Shown here one piece after another: positions 9,799 through 19,421 of a stretch of DNA of 64,000 bases. The notes under the pieces are model-generated. The model ran no database searches. It saw nothing but the letters and a program-made list of their open reading frames with translations, and was not told the origin of the DNA. The DNA is from Gemmatimonas sp. GTDB taxonomy: Bacteria; Gemmatimonadota; Gemmatimonadetes; Gemmatimonadales; Gemmatimonadaceae. A program made the position numbers and the translations under genes. Position 1 is the stretch's first letter; every line of letters starts with the position of its first letter. The DNA is taken from contig OZ257156.1 of NCBI GenBank assembly GCA_965279375.1, positions 1,344,001 through 1,408,000 of the forward strand. The letters run 5' to 3'.

Positions 9799-10092
9799 GT
9801 GATACGCACCTTCGCCGATCCGGCCACCGAAGACCTGTTCAATGGCGTGGATAGCCGGCGGGCGCGCCAGGCGTGTCCGAACACGCTCTGGGCGGTGGTC
9901 GCGCGGAAGCTGACGCAGCTGAATCGGGTGCGCGAGCTGCGGGAACTTGCGATCCCGCCCGGCAATCGGCTGGAAGCGCTCAAGGGATCACGGCGCGGGC
10001 AGCACAGTATCCGCATCAACGATCAGTACCGGATCTGCTTCCGGTGGGAGGAAGGCCATGCCGACGCCGTCGAAGTCACGGACTACCACTAA
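9799..10092 (+). CDS. higB: HigB toxin (RelE/ParE superfamily)
   Basis: 'MIRTFAD..TEDLF...PPGNRLEALKGSRRGQHSIRINDQYRICFRW...VEVTDYH'. Confidence 0.93.
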   Translation: MIRTFADPATEDLFNGVDSRRARQACPNTLWAVVARKLTQLNRVRELRELAIPPGNRLEALKGSRRGQHSIRINDQYRICFRWEEGHADAVEVTDYH

Positions 10093-10105
10093 GCCGGCGC
10101 CGTTG

Positions 10106-10420
10106 GTGCAGCGTCGCCTGCCCACGCATCGGCCCCCGACGCATCCCGGCGAGATGCTGCTCGAGGAATTCCTCAAGCCGCTCGGGCTGTCCCAGTCCGC
10201 CTTCGCCCTCCAGCTCGGCGTGTCGTTTCCGCGCCTGAACGAAGTGATCCATGCGAAGCGCAGTGTCACGCCGGACACGGCGTTACGGCTCGCGCAGGTG
10301 ACCGGCATGAGCGCAGACTTCTGGCTCGGGCTCCAGCAGGACTGGGATCTGTGGCATGCGCTGCGCTCGAAGGAGGCCGCCCAGATCGCGCGCCTCAAGC
10401 CGTTGTCGCGCGCGAGTTAG
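10106..10420 (+). CDS. higA: HigA antitoxin (XRE HTH)
   Basis: 'PTHPGEMLLEEFLKPLGLSQ...VTPDTALRLA...SADFWLGLQ'; start codon uncertain. Confidence 0.92.
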   Translation: MQRRLPTHRPPTHPGEMLLEEFLKPLGLSQSAFALQLGVSFPRLNEVIHAKRSVTPDTALRLAQVTGMSADFWLGLQQDWDLWHALRSKEAAQIARLKPLSRAS

Positions 10421-10436
10421 TCGGTTCAAGACGGCT

Positions 10437-10546
10437 CGCTAACAGGGCGTTGCTGTTGGCAACGGCTTCACGGATTGCGGCCGGTTCGCTTCGCTCACTG
10501 GCCGCAACTCGTTGAAAGCCGTTGCAACAGAACGCCATCGTTAGGC
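10437..10546 (+). repeat. attC site (subtype C arms)
   Basis: CGCTAAC...GTTAGGC; arms CAACGGCTTCA / TGAAAGCCGTTG. Confidence 0.9.
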
Positions 10547-10614
10547 GGCTTTGCGACGTTTGTGCGTTTACCCTAGGCCATTGGCGATCTTCGAGGTCCC
10601 CTGAGCGCCTAGTT

Positions 10615-10758
10615 CTACTGGCGCTCGAGCTCCTGCATCAGCGCGGTGAATCGCCTCGACAACGACACGAGACGAATCGTGTAGCCGACAAAGACGCCCC
10701 ACGTCACGGCATACGCGGCTATCACATACGGCCACGAGTCCGCGGCGAAGCCGTTCAT
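10615..10758 (-). CDS. ccmD: CcmD-like small membrane protein
   Basis: 47 aa, 'WPYVIAAYAVTWGVFVGY..RL' then charged tail; ATGA overlap with ccmC stop. Confidence 0.7.
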   Translation of the reverse strand: MNGFAADSWPYVIAAYAVTWGVFVGYTIRLVSLSRRFTALMQELERQ

Positions 10759-11546
10759 GCGCGCGTCCTCCGCGCGAGGGCCATCTCGCTGAGCCGATGT
10801 TCCAGCACCCGCTCGGCGACCATACCCCGATAGCGATGCGCGATGAACACGATCATCGCGAGCAGGAAGGCGACGGCGTTCACCCGCAGACCCCATGTGT
10901 AAATAGGATCGATTGTGCTCGGCGAGGACGCCGGTTGGTGCAAGGTCCGCCACCATTTCACGGACATGTATACGATCGGCACGTTGAGCGCACCCAAGAT
11001 GCCGACGGCCGCGCTCCGCGTCGCCCGACGCTCCGGATCGTCGGTGAGTCCGCGGAGTGCCAGGTACCCGACATAGACGAGGAACAGGACGGCCGTCGAG
11101 GTGAGTCGCGCGTCCCACGTCCACCAGACCCCCCAGGTCGCCCGACCCCAAATCGACCCGATCACCAAGAGCAGCCCCGTGAAGACCGCGCCGACCTCGG
11201 CACCGGCGGCCGCCATCAAGTCGGCCGCCTCATCGCGCGTCCAGAGATACCGCACGCTCTGGACGAAGACGAGGAGGTAGGCCAACGAAAAGGTCCAAGC
11301 GGCGGGCACGTGCACGTACAGAATCTTCTGGAGGTGCCCCATGTCCCGCTCCGGCGGCGAGAGTGCGATGAACACCGCCTCCGCGGCAATCAGGCCGACG
11401 GGCGTCAGCCACGTGAGCACCGTCAGCCATGCGGGTCGCGGCAGCATCACGAGGGGGGCGTGCTCAACCGACCGAGCGATGGACGCCGGGAGCGCCGCGG
11501 GGAGCGTGCCTTCAGCCACTGGTGGGTTCCTCATCCGACGAAGCAC
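10755..11546 (-). CDS. ccmC: Cytochrome c biogenesis heme exporter CcmC
   Basis: 'YVHVPAAW', WWD motif 'GSIWGRATWGVWWTWDARLT', 'SVKWWRTLHQ'; start codon uncertain. Confidence 0.92.
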   Translation of the reverse strand: MLRRMRNPPVAEGTLPAALPASIARSVEHAPLVMLPRPAWLTVLTWLTPVGLIAAEAVFIALSPPERDMGHLQKILYVHVPAAWTFSLAYLLVFVQSVRYLWTRDEAADLMAAAGAEVGAVFTGLLLVIGSIWGRATWGVWWTWDARLTSTAVLFLVYVGYLALRGLTDDPERRATRSAAVGILGALNVPIVYMSVKWWRTLHQPASSPSTIDPIYTWGLRVNAVAFLLAMIVFIAHRYRGMVAERVLEHRLSEMALARRTRA

Positions 11547-11868
11547 ACGAAAGGAATCGGTCGAGCTGCCGCATGGAGGACGGGTCCCGTAGTTGGCGAA
11601 CGTCGCATCGCGACCTCAAGGTCGCGACATTGTACGGGCGCCGGGGCCGATCAGCAACCGGGGCACCACCGAGTCAGGTCGTCCGTCCCCGGGCCGCGTC
11701 CAGCGTCGCGTCTCGGAGATCGTAGGCGTGGCGGCGGAACGTGCCACGTCCGAGCGGCCGGTGCAGTGCTAGGTTGGGTTTGACCGACGCGTCCTCGCGC
11801 TGCGACGGTTGGTGCAACCGCGATTGGCTGACACGCCTGCGGAACACGGGCGGTCGATGTGAAAAGCC

Positions 11869-11978
11869 GCCTAACAGTGCGTTGCTGTTGACAACGGCTT
11901 CAAGGATTGCGGCCGATTCGCTACGCTCACTGGCCGCAACCTATTGAAGGGCCCTGCAAGCGAACGCGGTCGTTAGCT
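11869..11978 (+). repeat. attC site (chimeric arms)
   Basis: GCCTAAC...GTTAGCT. Confidence 0.88.
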
Positions 11979-12247
11979 AGCGCTTGATCGAGGCGGGCGC
12001 GTCCGCTGCTTCCGGATAAGTTCGGCGGCAACAGAGCGCGTTGACCTGGTGGCTCGCGGCGCACGCGGGCGACTGCGGACGTGCGAGCCACGGAGTGCGC
12101 CGAGCACGCGGCGCGGGGAGGTCTGCTCCTTGGACCCGAGGCTTGACGGGGTTCGGTGCACCGGGCTTACGTCACTTCGATGGTCGCCCGACGAATGTCG
12201 GGCGTATCCGCTTGGTGTTGTGCGCCGACCCATGCCTCGGAGTACAA

Positions 12248-12673
12248 ATGGCACGTGCTGCATTGGACCGCTGGTCGCCGCGACGGATGCTCGCGCTGTG
12301 GATCGGAGGAGTCGGCTTGCAGGCCGTGCTCCTCTTTGGGCCGCTGTGGTGGGCGGTTTCGAACGCGGCGCCGCGGCGCGCGGCGATCCAAGCCGTCCAT
12401 GAGCGCTGGGACATCGCGGAGCGGGCCGACTCGCTGTCGGTGGCGTCGCAGCGTGCGGCCGAGGCGGCGCGCCACGGCTCGTCCGCGGCGGGCCCGGTCG
12501 GCGTCGTGCGGGTGCCCTCTATGCGACAGTCCATCGTCGCCCGTGGCCCCACGACGCCGTCCTGGTTGGCGCGCACGCTGTCCACGCTGTGGCTGTACGG
12601 GATTCCGGTGACGCTCCTGCTGCTCACGGCCGCGTGGTGGCGCCGTCGTCCCGCGCGCCCGACACTTGCGTGA
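12248..12673 (+). CDS. Hypothetical membrane protein (2 TM)
   Basis: ATG behind GGAG; two hydrophobic segments; stop just before attC. Confidence 0.6.
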   Translation: MARAALDRWSPRRMLALWIGGVGLQAVLLFGPLWWAVSNAAPRRAAIQAVHERWDIAERADSLSVASQRAAEAARHGSSAAGPVGVVRVPSMRQSIVARGPTTPSWLARTLSTLWLYGIPVTLLLLTAAWWRRRPARPTLA

Positions 12674-12693
12674 CGCGTGGTCGCCGCCACGCT

Positions 12694-12803
12694 AGCTAAC
12701 CGTGCGTTGCGGCAGACAGGGCCTGCACGGATGGCTCCCTGTTCGCTGCGCTCACTGGTCGCATCCTGTTGAAGGGCCCTGCTGCCGAACGCGATCGTTA
12801 TAC
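12694..12803 (+). repeat. attC site
   Basis: AGCTAAC...GTTATAC. Confidence 0.9.
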
Positions 12804-12903
12804 CTCACCCGTGCGTCTCCAGGAAGACAGCTTGAGATGATACACCGGCGCTGACAGCTGCGGGACGTCCTCAGGTTTGGGAAGGAAGCGCGACTGGGTG
12901 GAG

Positions 12904-14640
12904 CTACAGCGTCACCCAGTCGACATCCGTCAGCAGCCCGTCTTTCGTCAGAAACACCAGTACATACCGCTGTGCACCACCAAACGTGGCCTTCAGATAC
13001 AACATCCTCGCCACCGAACCGCCGTGTCGGGAGATCCCGCGTCCGGCAACATCCTCTTCGCCGACGAACGATACGCCGGTGATCCCAGCGAAATCGTCCA
13101 TCGACCCAGGCCCGAAGTCGCGCAGTGCGCCCGGTGTCAGTGCCTGTGCGTCCGATTTCCCTTCGGTCATTGCGCGCAGCAGGGTAGCAAAGCGTTGCGT
13201 ACGGGTAGGATCGGGATCACGCGCTGCTGAGAATGCCTTGGCGATCGCAAGCGGTCCGAGACGCGGTACCTCGCGCGTGCCATTCGGATCGGTGACCGAC
13301 GCGCCGATCACGCGTCGCGACGCGTCGCGGCGGAAGAGGAACGTCTCGCCGCCATCCGCCCGCGTGAACCGATCCGGTCCGACCGGCACGAACTCCTCGT
13401 CTTCGTGCCCGCCAGCATACGAATACAACCGGCCGTCACGCGCGGCGAACGTGGCCATCTGGTGGTACCTGATCTCATACCGGCCGTTGAGGTCGTCGAT
13501 CGCCATCGCTGGGCGCGCCATGGCTCGCGGCGGTACCAGCTCCTCGCGATAGTTCGGCCACTTGTACATCCGCGACACGATCCGCTGTATACGACCCATT
13601 GCGTCGGAGTTGTCGTTCGCATTGATCATGATCACGACGCCCTGCCCGCGTATCGTCGCCGTCATGTACGCATCGAAGCCTTCATCGCGGCCGGAGTGAC
13701 TGAACTCGAGACGAAAGTTGTTGCCGCGCAGGTACACACCGAGGCCCATGAAGTCATTGCGTTGGTACGACAGCATTTGCTGCGCGCGATCCGGGTTCAG
13801 GAACGTCGCCGTATCGCGGGAGATGGCGCGCTGAAGTGCGATCGCGAACTTCGCGAGATCAGTCGGGGTCGTCCACAAGCCCGCAGCAGCCATCTCGGGA
13901 TACACGTGCCAGCCGCCCGTCACCGGAGTCCCGTCAGTCAGATGACCGGTCGCGGCATTCGGCGCGTACGACGGTGGCAGGGGCTGCACGAACGTACTTG
14001 AGGTCATCCCCGCTGGTGTCAGCACTTCGCGCATCATGTACTCATCAAACGGCTGCTGCGTGACGTCGATCATCAACTGCTGCAGAATCGTGTAGCCGCC
14101 GCCGGAGTACCGATGGCGCTCACCAGGCCGCTGCACGACGCGGATCGCCGGCGAGTTCGCAGGCTTTACCCCATCGAGCACCTGCAAGAGCGTCGGATAC
14201 GGTGCGTTGGCTGCATAGCCGTCGAACCCATGCACGTTCAATCCTGCCGAATGACTGAGCAGCCCGCGTACCGTCACCGGCTCGCGCGATGCCGCCGTCG
14301 TATCCGGCACCTTCCAGCTCACCAGCTGTTCGTTGACGTCGCGATCGAGTTGCAGCGTACCGCGTTCAACCAAGCGCATCGCACCGACCGCCGTGACCGG
14401 CTTGCTGATCGATCCGGCCTGGAAGAGCGTCGCTCTAGATACGGGTGTGCTACCCCCGCGCTTCGTGACGCCGTATGCGCGCGTCAGCACAATCCTGCCG
14501 CTGTCGATGATGGCGATCGACAGACCCGGAATGTTGCGCCGCTGCATCTCACGCTGGATCGCGCGATCGAGACTGTCGACCATCGGCTGCTGCACGGGAG
14601 CCATACAAGATGCGAGCGCGATGACTGATATCAGCAACAC
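12904..14640 (-). CDS. Serine hydrolase (class C beta-lactamase/PBP-like family), lipoprotein
   Basis: SISK, LLSHSAG, YSGGG, HSG; LASC lipobox. Confidence 0.9.
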   Translation of the reverse strand: MLLISVIALASCMAPVQQPMVDSLDRAIQREMQRRNIPGLSIAIIDSGRIVLTRAYGVTKRGGSTPVSRATLFQAGSISKPVTAVGAMRLVERGTLQLDRDVNEQLVSWKVPDTTAASREPVTVRGLLSHSAGLNVHGFDGYAANAPYPTLLQVLDGVKPANSPAIRVVQRPGERHRYSGGGYTILQQLMIDVTQQPFDEYMMREVLTPAGMTSSTFVQPLPPSYAPNAATGHLTDGTPVTGGWHVYPEMAAAGLWTTPTDLAKFAIALQRAISRDTATFLNPDRAQQMLSYQRNDFMGLGVYLRGNNFRLEFSHSGRDEGFDAYMTATIRGQGVVIMINANDNSDAMGRIQRIVSRMYKWPNYREELVPPRAMARPAMAIDDLNGRYEIRYHQMATFAARDGRLYSYAGGHEDEEFVPVGPDRFTRADGGETFLFRRDASRRVIGASVTDPNGTREVPRLGPLAIAKAFSAARDPDPTRTQRFATLLRAMTEGKSDAQALTPGALRDFGPGSMDDFAGITGVSFVGEEDVAGRGISRHGGSVARMLYLKATFGGAQRYVLVFLTKDGLLTDVDWVTL

Positions 14641-14759
14641 AGTGAGCTCCTGGCGAAGGCCGATCTAGATGAGAAGCGGAGCGTAGCACGCAGCGAGGAT
14701 GCGGCGACGGTGGCGAGGCCGTAGAGGACGCGCTGCATGGTGCAGGCTCCGAGTCGATG

Positions 14760-15743
14760 TCAGCTTTGGGAAGGCGGCGCGGCGGGTGAGTATTCCGGAA
14801 CGCAGTCGATGGGGTGCGATGCAGCCAGCAACGCCGTTGTCGCGATCACAAGCGCTAGACCAACGAGCTCCGCGACGGCATTTCGTCGTGGTGGCGGCGC
14901 AAAGAGCTCCCTGACACGAATCGACAGATTGGCGCGGTGCGGTGAGCCAAACGCCAGACTGATCGCGGGTTGTCCACGTGTGCACGCGCGCGCGACAGCG
15001 ATGAGTCTCGTTGCGTACTGTGATGGTGATACCCCTGCCGCGAGCGCGGCACGATCCGCGGCAAGCTCGCGCCGCAGAGACATGCGTCGCCACAGCATTC
15101 GCACGAAGGGATTCGGCCAATAGAGGGCCGCTGCGATTTCTTCGAGCAGGTGACACAACCAGTCCCGCTGCGCGACATGCGACAGCTCGTGGCAGAGCAC
15201 GCCGAACAACTCGTCGTGCGGCCATGACGCGGCATCATCGGGAAGCAGGACAACGGGGCGTCTCCAACCAACGACCGCTGGCGATTGCAACGTCGCAGAA
15301 GACACGATACGCGGAATCGGACCCCTGAAACCCACGGCCACCGCCGCACGCTTCGCGGTGTCGTGCAGCGCGGCACTACGACCGAGTGTCGCTGACCTCA
15401 CGATGTGTCGAGTTACACGCGACCCATGCAGCAGCCGGGCGAAGGAATAGAGCGTGCCGGCAAACCAGATGCCGACCAATACCGTGGCCCACGATAAGTT
15501 CGGCAATAGCGGCGAAACTGGCATCGCAACGATCCCATGCGGCAGTCGAACGATCGGCGTTGAGAGGGTCGGTCCAAGTGCCGGCACGACTGGCAACAGG
15601 ATGAGAAGTCCGGGCAGCACGCCGAAGCCACGACTGCGATGAAGTCCGCGGCGACGCAGCTGTGCATCCACCGCGAGCGCGACAAGTGCAGCGGCTGTCG
15701 ACTTTGCGATCACGAGAACCGCTGCGATCACGAGGGCGCTCAC
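14760..15743 (-). CDS. M56 (BlaR1/MecR1-type) metallopeptidase
   Basis: HELSH...RD, 'WPNP', 'RELAAD'; TM helices. Confidence 0.9.
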   Translation of the reverse strand: MSALVIAAVLVIAKSTAAALVALAVDAQLRRRGLHRSRGFGVLPGLLILLPVVPALGPTLSTPIVRLPHGIVAMPVSPLLPNLSWATVLVGIWFAGTLYSFARLLHGSRVTRHIVRSATLGRSAALHDTAKRAAVAVGFRGPIPRIVSSATLQSPAVVGWRRPVVLLPDDAASWPHDELFGVLCHELSHVAQRDWLCHLLEEIAAALYWPNPFVRMLWRRMSLRRELAADRAALAAGVSPSQYATRLIAVARACTRGQPAISLAFGSPHRANLSIRVRELFAPPPRRNAVAELVGLALVIATTALLAASHPIDCVPEYSPAAPPSQS

Positions 15744-16126
15744 TCGCCCTTCCTCTCGCGCGTACGTTCACGGACCCATTGCTCGAGCTCATCGAGATCG
15801 CGCTCGCTGAGTTCGTTGCGGCCGAGATCCAGCAGCGCCACGAGTGCTTTCTTCGCGGAGCCGCCGAAGAATGTCGCGGTGACGCTCGTGAGTGCTGCGG
15901 CACTTGCCTTGTCGCGCGGCTGAGAGGCGGCGTAAATGTGACGGCGTCCGTCGAGTCGATGACGAACGATTCGCTTCTTCTCCAACCCGATGAGCGTCAC
16001 GCGAACGCTCTCGAGTGCCTCGGGTTCACCGAGGTGCTGCGCCACCTCTCGCGCTCCCGCCGAGCCCAGCGCATAGAGCGCTTCCACGATCTGCCGTTCG
16101 CGTCTTGAGAGCTGAGAGTCGAGCAT
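15740..16126 (-). CDS. BlaI/MecI/CopY family repressor
   Basis: 'LSRRERQIVEALY...LEKK..V...FFGGS...LVALL'; 4-bp overlap with the M56 gene. Confidence 0.92.
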   Translation of the reverse strand: MLDSQLSRRERQIVEALYALGSAGAREVAQHLGEPEALESVRVTLIGLEKKRIVRHRLDGRRHIYAASQPRDKASAAALTSVTATFFGGSAKKALVALLDLGRNELSERDLDELEQWVRERTRERKGE

Positions 16127-16156
16127 CGAGTCGGAAGAGAACGGTGAGTTTTAACT

Positions 16157-16192
16157 GTAAAGATTATTACGCTCATCTCTCAGCGCTGTCAA
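16157..16192 (-). promoter_or_regulatory. Putative promoter and operator of the blaI-M56-hydrolase operon
   Basis: Minus strand TTGACA-N17-TAATAA overlapping a GTAA-N6-TTAC dyad (16157-16170). Confidence 0.6.
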
Positions 16193-16257
16193 GCGGGCAA
16201 TTCGCTCCGAAGTCACTCCTCAATGATTTCCCGACACAAGGCGCCGCGCGCCGTGAG

Positions 16258-16367
16258 GTCTAACATTGCGTTGCTATTGTCCGCGGCCTCAAGGAAGCGG
16301 CCTTGCTCCCTGCGGTCGCTGGCCGCAACCTGTTGAAGGCCGCTGCAATAGAACGCGAACGTTATGT
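16258..16367 (+). repeat. attC site
   Basis: GTCTAAC...GTTATGT. Confidence 0.88.
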
Positions 16368-16393
16368 TGCTTCTCAACGTTCAATACGGACTC

Positions 16394-16729
16394 ATGGCTC
16401 AGTTTACGACTCTTGGTACATTCGCCGCGGAAGCCATCCCGAATATTGTGCCGCCGGATTTCCGCACGTTGGTGCGGATGGCGACGCACCTCGGCGGTGA
16501 ATATCTCGTCCTGCTATTCGCACAAAACCGTTCGCATGGCGGCGTGATTACCTCGGCGGCGGCTCGGCGAGCGTTGAAGCAAGTTCCTGACGGCGCGCGA
16601 CTCTTGGCAACAATCGGAACAGACTTCACGCTTGAAGCGACGCAGCTGCTCAACGAGCGCGATGCGGCAGTTGCGCGAATTGGCGAGTTTGGCTGGACAG
16701 ATCGATCCTACATTTCGCTCAAGGAATAG
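16394..16729 (+). CDS. Small hypothetical protein
   Basis: Only plausible + ORF in the cassette; weak resemblance of 'TIGTDFTLEATQLL' to the C-terminal half of Mrr-like domains. Confidence 0.55.
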   Translation: MAQFTTLGTFAAEAIPNIVPPDFRTLVRMATHLGGEYLVLLFAQNRSHGGVITSAAARRALKQVPDGARLLATIGTDFTLEATQLLNERDAAVARIGEFGWTDRSYISLKE

Positions 16730-16842
16730 TGGTGCCGTCCGCATCGCGGAGCTCGTAGCAGAATCGCGAGTAGCGACGGTGTGGTGTGCAGTTACTCAAT
16801 CCGTCGGGTCGTGCGCGTGAGGAACGCGTCTTCGAAAACGCA

Positions 16843-16963
16843 ACCTAACGAGCGTTGCTTCAGTCAAAGGCGAGGCGGTAGGCTGTGTAACTGCGCAACG
16901 CTCCGCGTTGCTCCGTTCACAGCTAATTCATGAGAGCCTTTGCAGCAGAAGCCGGCGTTAGAT
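16843..16963 (+). repeat. attC site (subtype B-like, divergent)
   Basis: ACCTAAC...GTTAGAT. Confidence 0.85.
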
Positions 16964-16996
16964 GGCTCGATCGATACTTCACCAAACGGAGCGTAA

Positions 16997-17872
16997 GTGG
17001 CGATGCGGCACGGGCGTGGTCGTGATCTGACGCAGCTGGTCGGATTCGTGGCGGGTGCCGCGGTGTGTCTGGTTGTCAGCATCGCGGCCGTGGGCATCCT
17101 GACTGGGTCCGTCGGCGGCGTGAGTTGGGTCGCGACATCGGGACTCGTGAGCGTCCTCTTCAGCGGGTGGCTGCTACTGCTCTCGGCGTTCGTCGTCCGT
17201 CGGCAACACCGCACGCTGGCGCTCCTCGGCTTGCCCACGACATCCGCGCGACTCCATGAGTGCGGCGTGGGCCTCGCGGTCAGTGTGCCGCTCTTCGTCG
17301 GCGTCGCGGGGATGCAAAGCCTCATTGTGGGCGCGCCCTGGCATTGGCTCGGCTCCGCGAGCGCGGCGCGCGCCCTCGCGGGCGCCCCACTCGTCTTGGC
17401 GCTGGTGCTCGCCGAGGAACTCCTGTTTCGCGGCGTCGCGTTCCAGATGCTCCGCGCTCTCACGGGAGACCGGGCGGCGGTGCTGCTCTCGGCGCTGTGT
17501 TTCGGCGCCTACCATCTCGTCGGCTCGCACGATTGGGCGATGGGGGCCGTGTTTCGCTTCGCCCTCCCCGCGCTGGGCGGGGTGCTCTTCGGGTGGGCCG
17601 CGATTCGGAGCCGCGGCCTCGCGCTCCCGATCGGCTTGCATTGGGGCGGCAATTGGGTGCAAGCGCAGGTGGCCGTCTTTCAGCCCACCGGGCAGGCCGC
17701 CGCGGCACCGGTGGCGGGCGTCTGGCGCATTCCGGTCACGGCTGCGGACGTGCAGGCGTTGACAGCGCCCGATCTCTCGGCGCGGCTGCCGTATCTGGTC
17801 GCACTGGCCCTCTGCGCGCTCGCCATCGTGCTGGTGCGTCCGTCGACGCCGCACCGCTCGCTCGCCATCTAA
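16997..17872 (+). CDS. CPBP/Abi (CAAX-like) intramembrane protease
   Basis: EELLFRG, FGAYH, HWGGN; TAA stop in R''. Confidence 0.9.
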   Translation: MAMRHGRGRDLTQLVGFVAGAAVCLVVSIAAVGILTGSVGGVSWVATSGLVSVLFSGWLLLLSAFVVRRQHRTLALLGLPTTSARLHECGVGLAVSVPLFVGVAGMQSLIVGAPWHWLGSASAARALAGAPLVLALVLAEELLFRGVAFQMLRALTGDRAAVLLSALCFGAYHLVGSHDWAMGAVFRFALPALGGVLFGWAAIRSRGLALPIGLHWGGNWVQAQVAVFQPTGQAAAAPVAGVWRIPVTAADVQALTAPDLSARLPYLVALALCALAIVLVRPSTPHRSLAI

Positions 17873-17977
17873 CCTTGCGTTGCGGTAGACGGGGCCTGCC
17901 AAGACTGTGGCCTGTTCGCTGGCGCTCACGGGCCACAACTTGTTGAAGGGCCCCGCTACCGAACGCGATCGTGAGAT
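17867..17977 (+). repeat. attC site (R' mutated to GTG)
   Basis: ATCTAAC...GTGAGAT. Confidence 0.85.
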
Positions 17978-18002
17978 GGCCGCACCACTATCACCAACAT
18001 GC

Positions 18003-18692
18003 ATGAACAACGAGATCATACCGTACATAGAGATGTGTCGCCGCGAACGAGCCAGCCTACAGCGCGGGATGAACTTTGGCCTCGGTGGCACGCATTCGGT
18101 CATCCTAGTGTCTGTGCAGCCGAACGCGCCCTATGCCGATCGCATTGAAGAGGACGGAACGGTATTGATCTATGAGGGTCATGACGAACCTCGCACGACC
18201 CGAGTTCGAGAGCCGAAACGAGTTGATCAGCCCGAACGAACGCCAGGAGCGCGACTAACGCAGAACGGTCAATTCGCAGAGGCCGCGACAGCATTCAAGC
18301 AAGGACTTCGCGCGCCTGAGCGAGTTCGCGTATACGAGAAGATCCGCAGCGGAATCTGGTCGTACAACGGGATGTTTCATCTCGTTGACGCGTGGACCGA
18401 GGCTGACGACTACCGCCAGGTCTTCAAGTTCCGGCTCGAAGCCGTCGAAGGCGAGGAGGATCTGACGCAGGCCGTGCCGATGCGCCCGGAACGACGTCGT
18501 ATCATCCCCTCACACGTAAAAATGGCCGTATGGCAGAGAGACGGCGGGAAGTGCACGAAATGCGGAGCGTCCGACGAGCTGCATTTTGACCATGTCATTC
18601 CGTTCTCGCGCGGCGGTACGTCGATTACGATCGAGAACGTCCAACTCCTCTGTGCTAGACACAACCTGGAGAAAAGCGCAAAGATCGAGTAA
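18003..18692 (+). CDS. HNH endonuclease with N-terminal SRA-like domain
   Basis: C-terminal CTKC...HFDHVIPFSRGG...NVQLLCARHN; N-terminal 'YADRIEEDGTVLIYEG...Q..N...VRVY...WSYNG.F'. Confidence 0.85.
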   Translation: MNNEIIPYIEMCRRERASLQRGMNFGLGGTHSVILVSVQPNAPYADRIEEDGTVLIYEGHDEPRTTRVREPKRVDQPERTPGARLTQNGQFAEAATAFKQGLRAPERVRVYEKIRSGIWSYNGMFHLVDAWTEADDYRQVFKFRLEAVEGEEDLTQAVPMRPERRRIIPSHVKMAVWQRDGGKCTKCGASDELHFDHVIPFSRGGTSITIENVQLLCARHNLEKSAKIE

Positions 18693-18699
18693 CGCGGCC

Positions 18700-18818
18700 A
18701 TCTAACCTCGCGTTGTTGCAGACAGCCACTCAACGGTGCGCCGTGTAACTGCGGCGCTGGCGCGCCTTCGTTCACGGCTTCCTATTTGAGCGGCTGCCGC
18801 AAAACGCAATCGTGAGCG
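18700..18818 (+). repeat. attC site (subtype B, R' mutated to GTG)
   Basis: ATCTAAC...GTGAGCG; closely similar to 1034-1152. Confidence 0.85.
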
Positions 18819-19034
18819 AGCATTGATCCTTTAAGAGCACAGACTGGGAGCCTTGCGGTGGTGTGGCGGGACCAGCGCAGGTCAGACGCTGCGAACGGAT
18901 TTGCGCGCACGGGGTTTGAGCCGACACGTCAGCTCCTCGCGCGCCGGCGTGGTCCTCACGCTACTCCCACCTGATCCGTCGTCGCCGCACGGCCCGACAC
19001 CGGAGGCACCCTGACATCGACGACGCGCCGGATC

Positions 19035-19421
19035 GTGGGGATCGTCGTCGGCGGGTGCGTTGGCGTCGCGGTGGCCATCGCGGCGACGATCCTGGTTCGA
19101 CGCCTCTGGCCGGCGTACGTCCTCGCGGAGCCCACCAAAGCGTACTCCGTCCCGATGCTCCTGGCGCGGCTCACGGTGGGGGCGCTGTGCATGGCCGTTG
19201 CGGCGTGGGTGGCGACGCGCGTCGCGCAGGATGCCGGCACGGCCGCAAGTTGGCTCGGAGGCGTCGTCTTTGCCGTCTCGCTGTGGGACCATCTCGTGCT
19301 GGTGTGGGCGGACTATCCAGGGTGGTACCACCTTGTGTACTTGTCGTACCTAGTCCCCCTCGCCGTTGTGAGTGGGCGCCTCGCTGCGCGCCGCGCGCGG
19401 ATCAGCCGGGCGCCCCGCTGA
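19035..19421 (+). CDS. Hypothetical 4-TM membrane protein
   Basis: Hydrophobic ORF; GGAGG precedes an in-frame CTG at 19011 (possibly a mutated ATG). Confidence 0.65.
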   Translation: MGIVVGGCVGVAVAIAATILVRRLWPAYVLAEPTKAYSVPMLLARLTVGALCMAVAAWVATRVAQDAGTAASWLGGVVFAVSLWDHLVLVWADYPGWYHLVYLSYLVPLAVVSGRLAARRARISRAPR

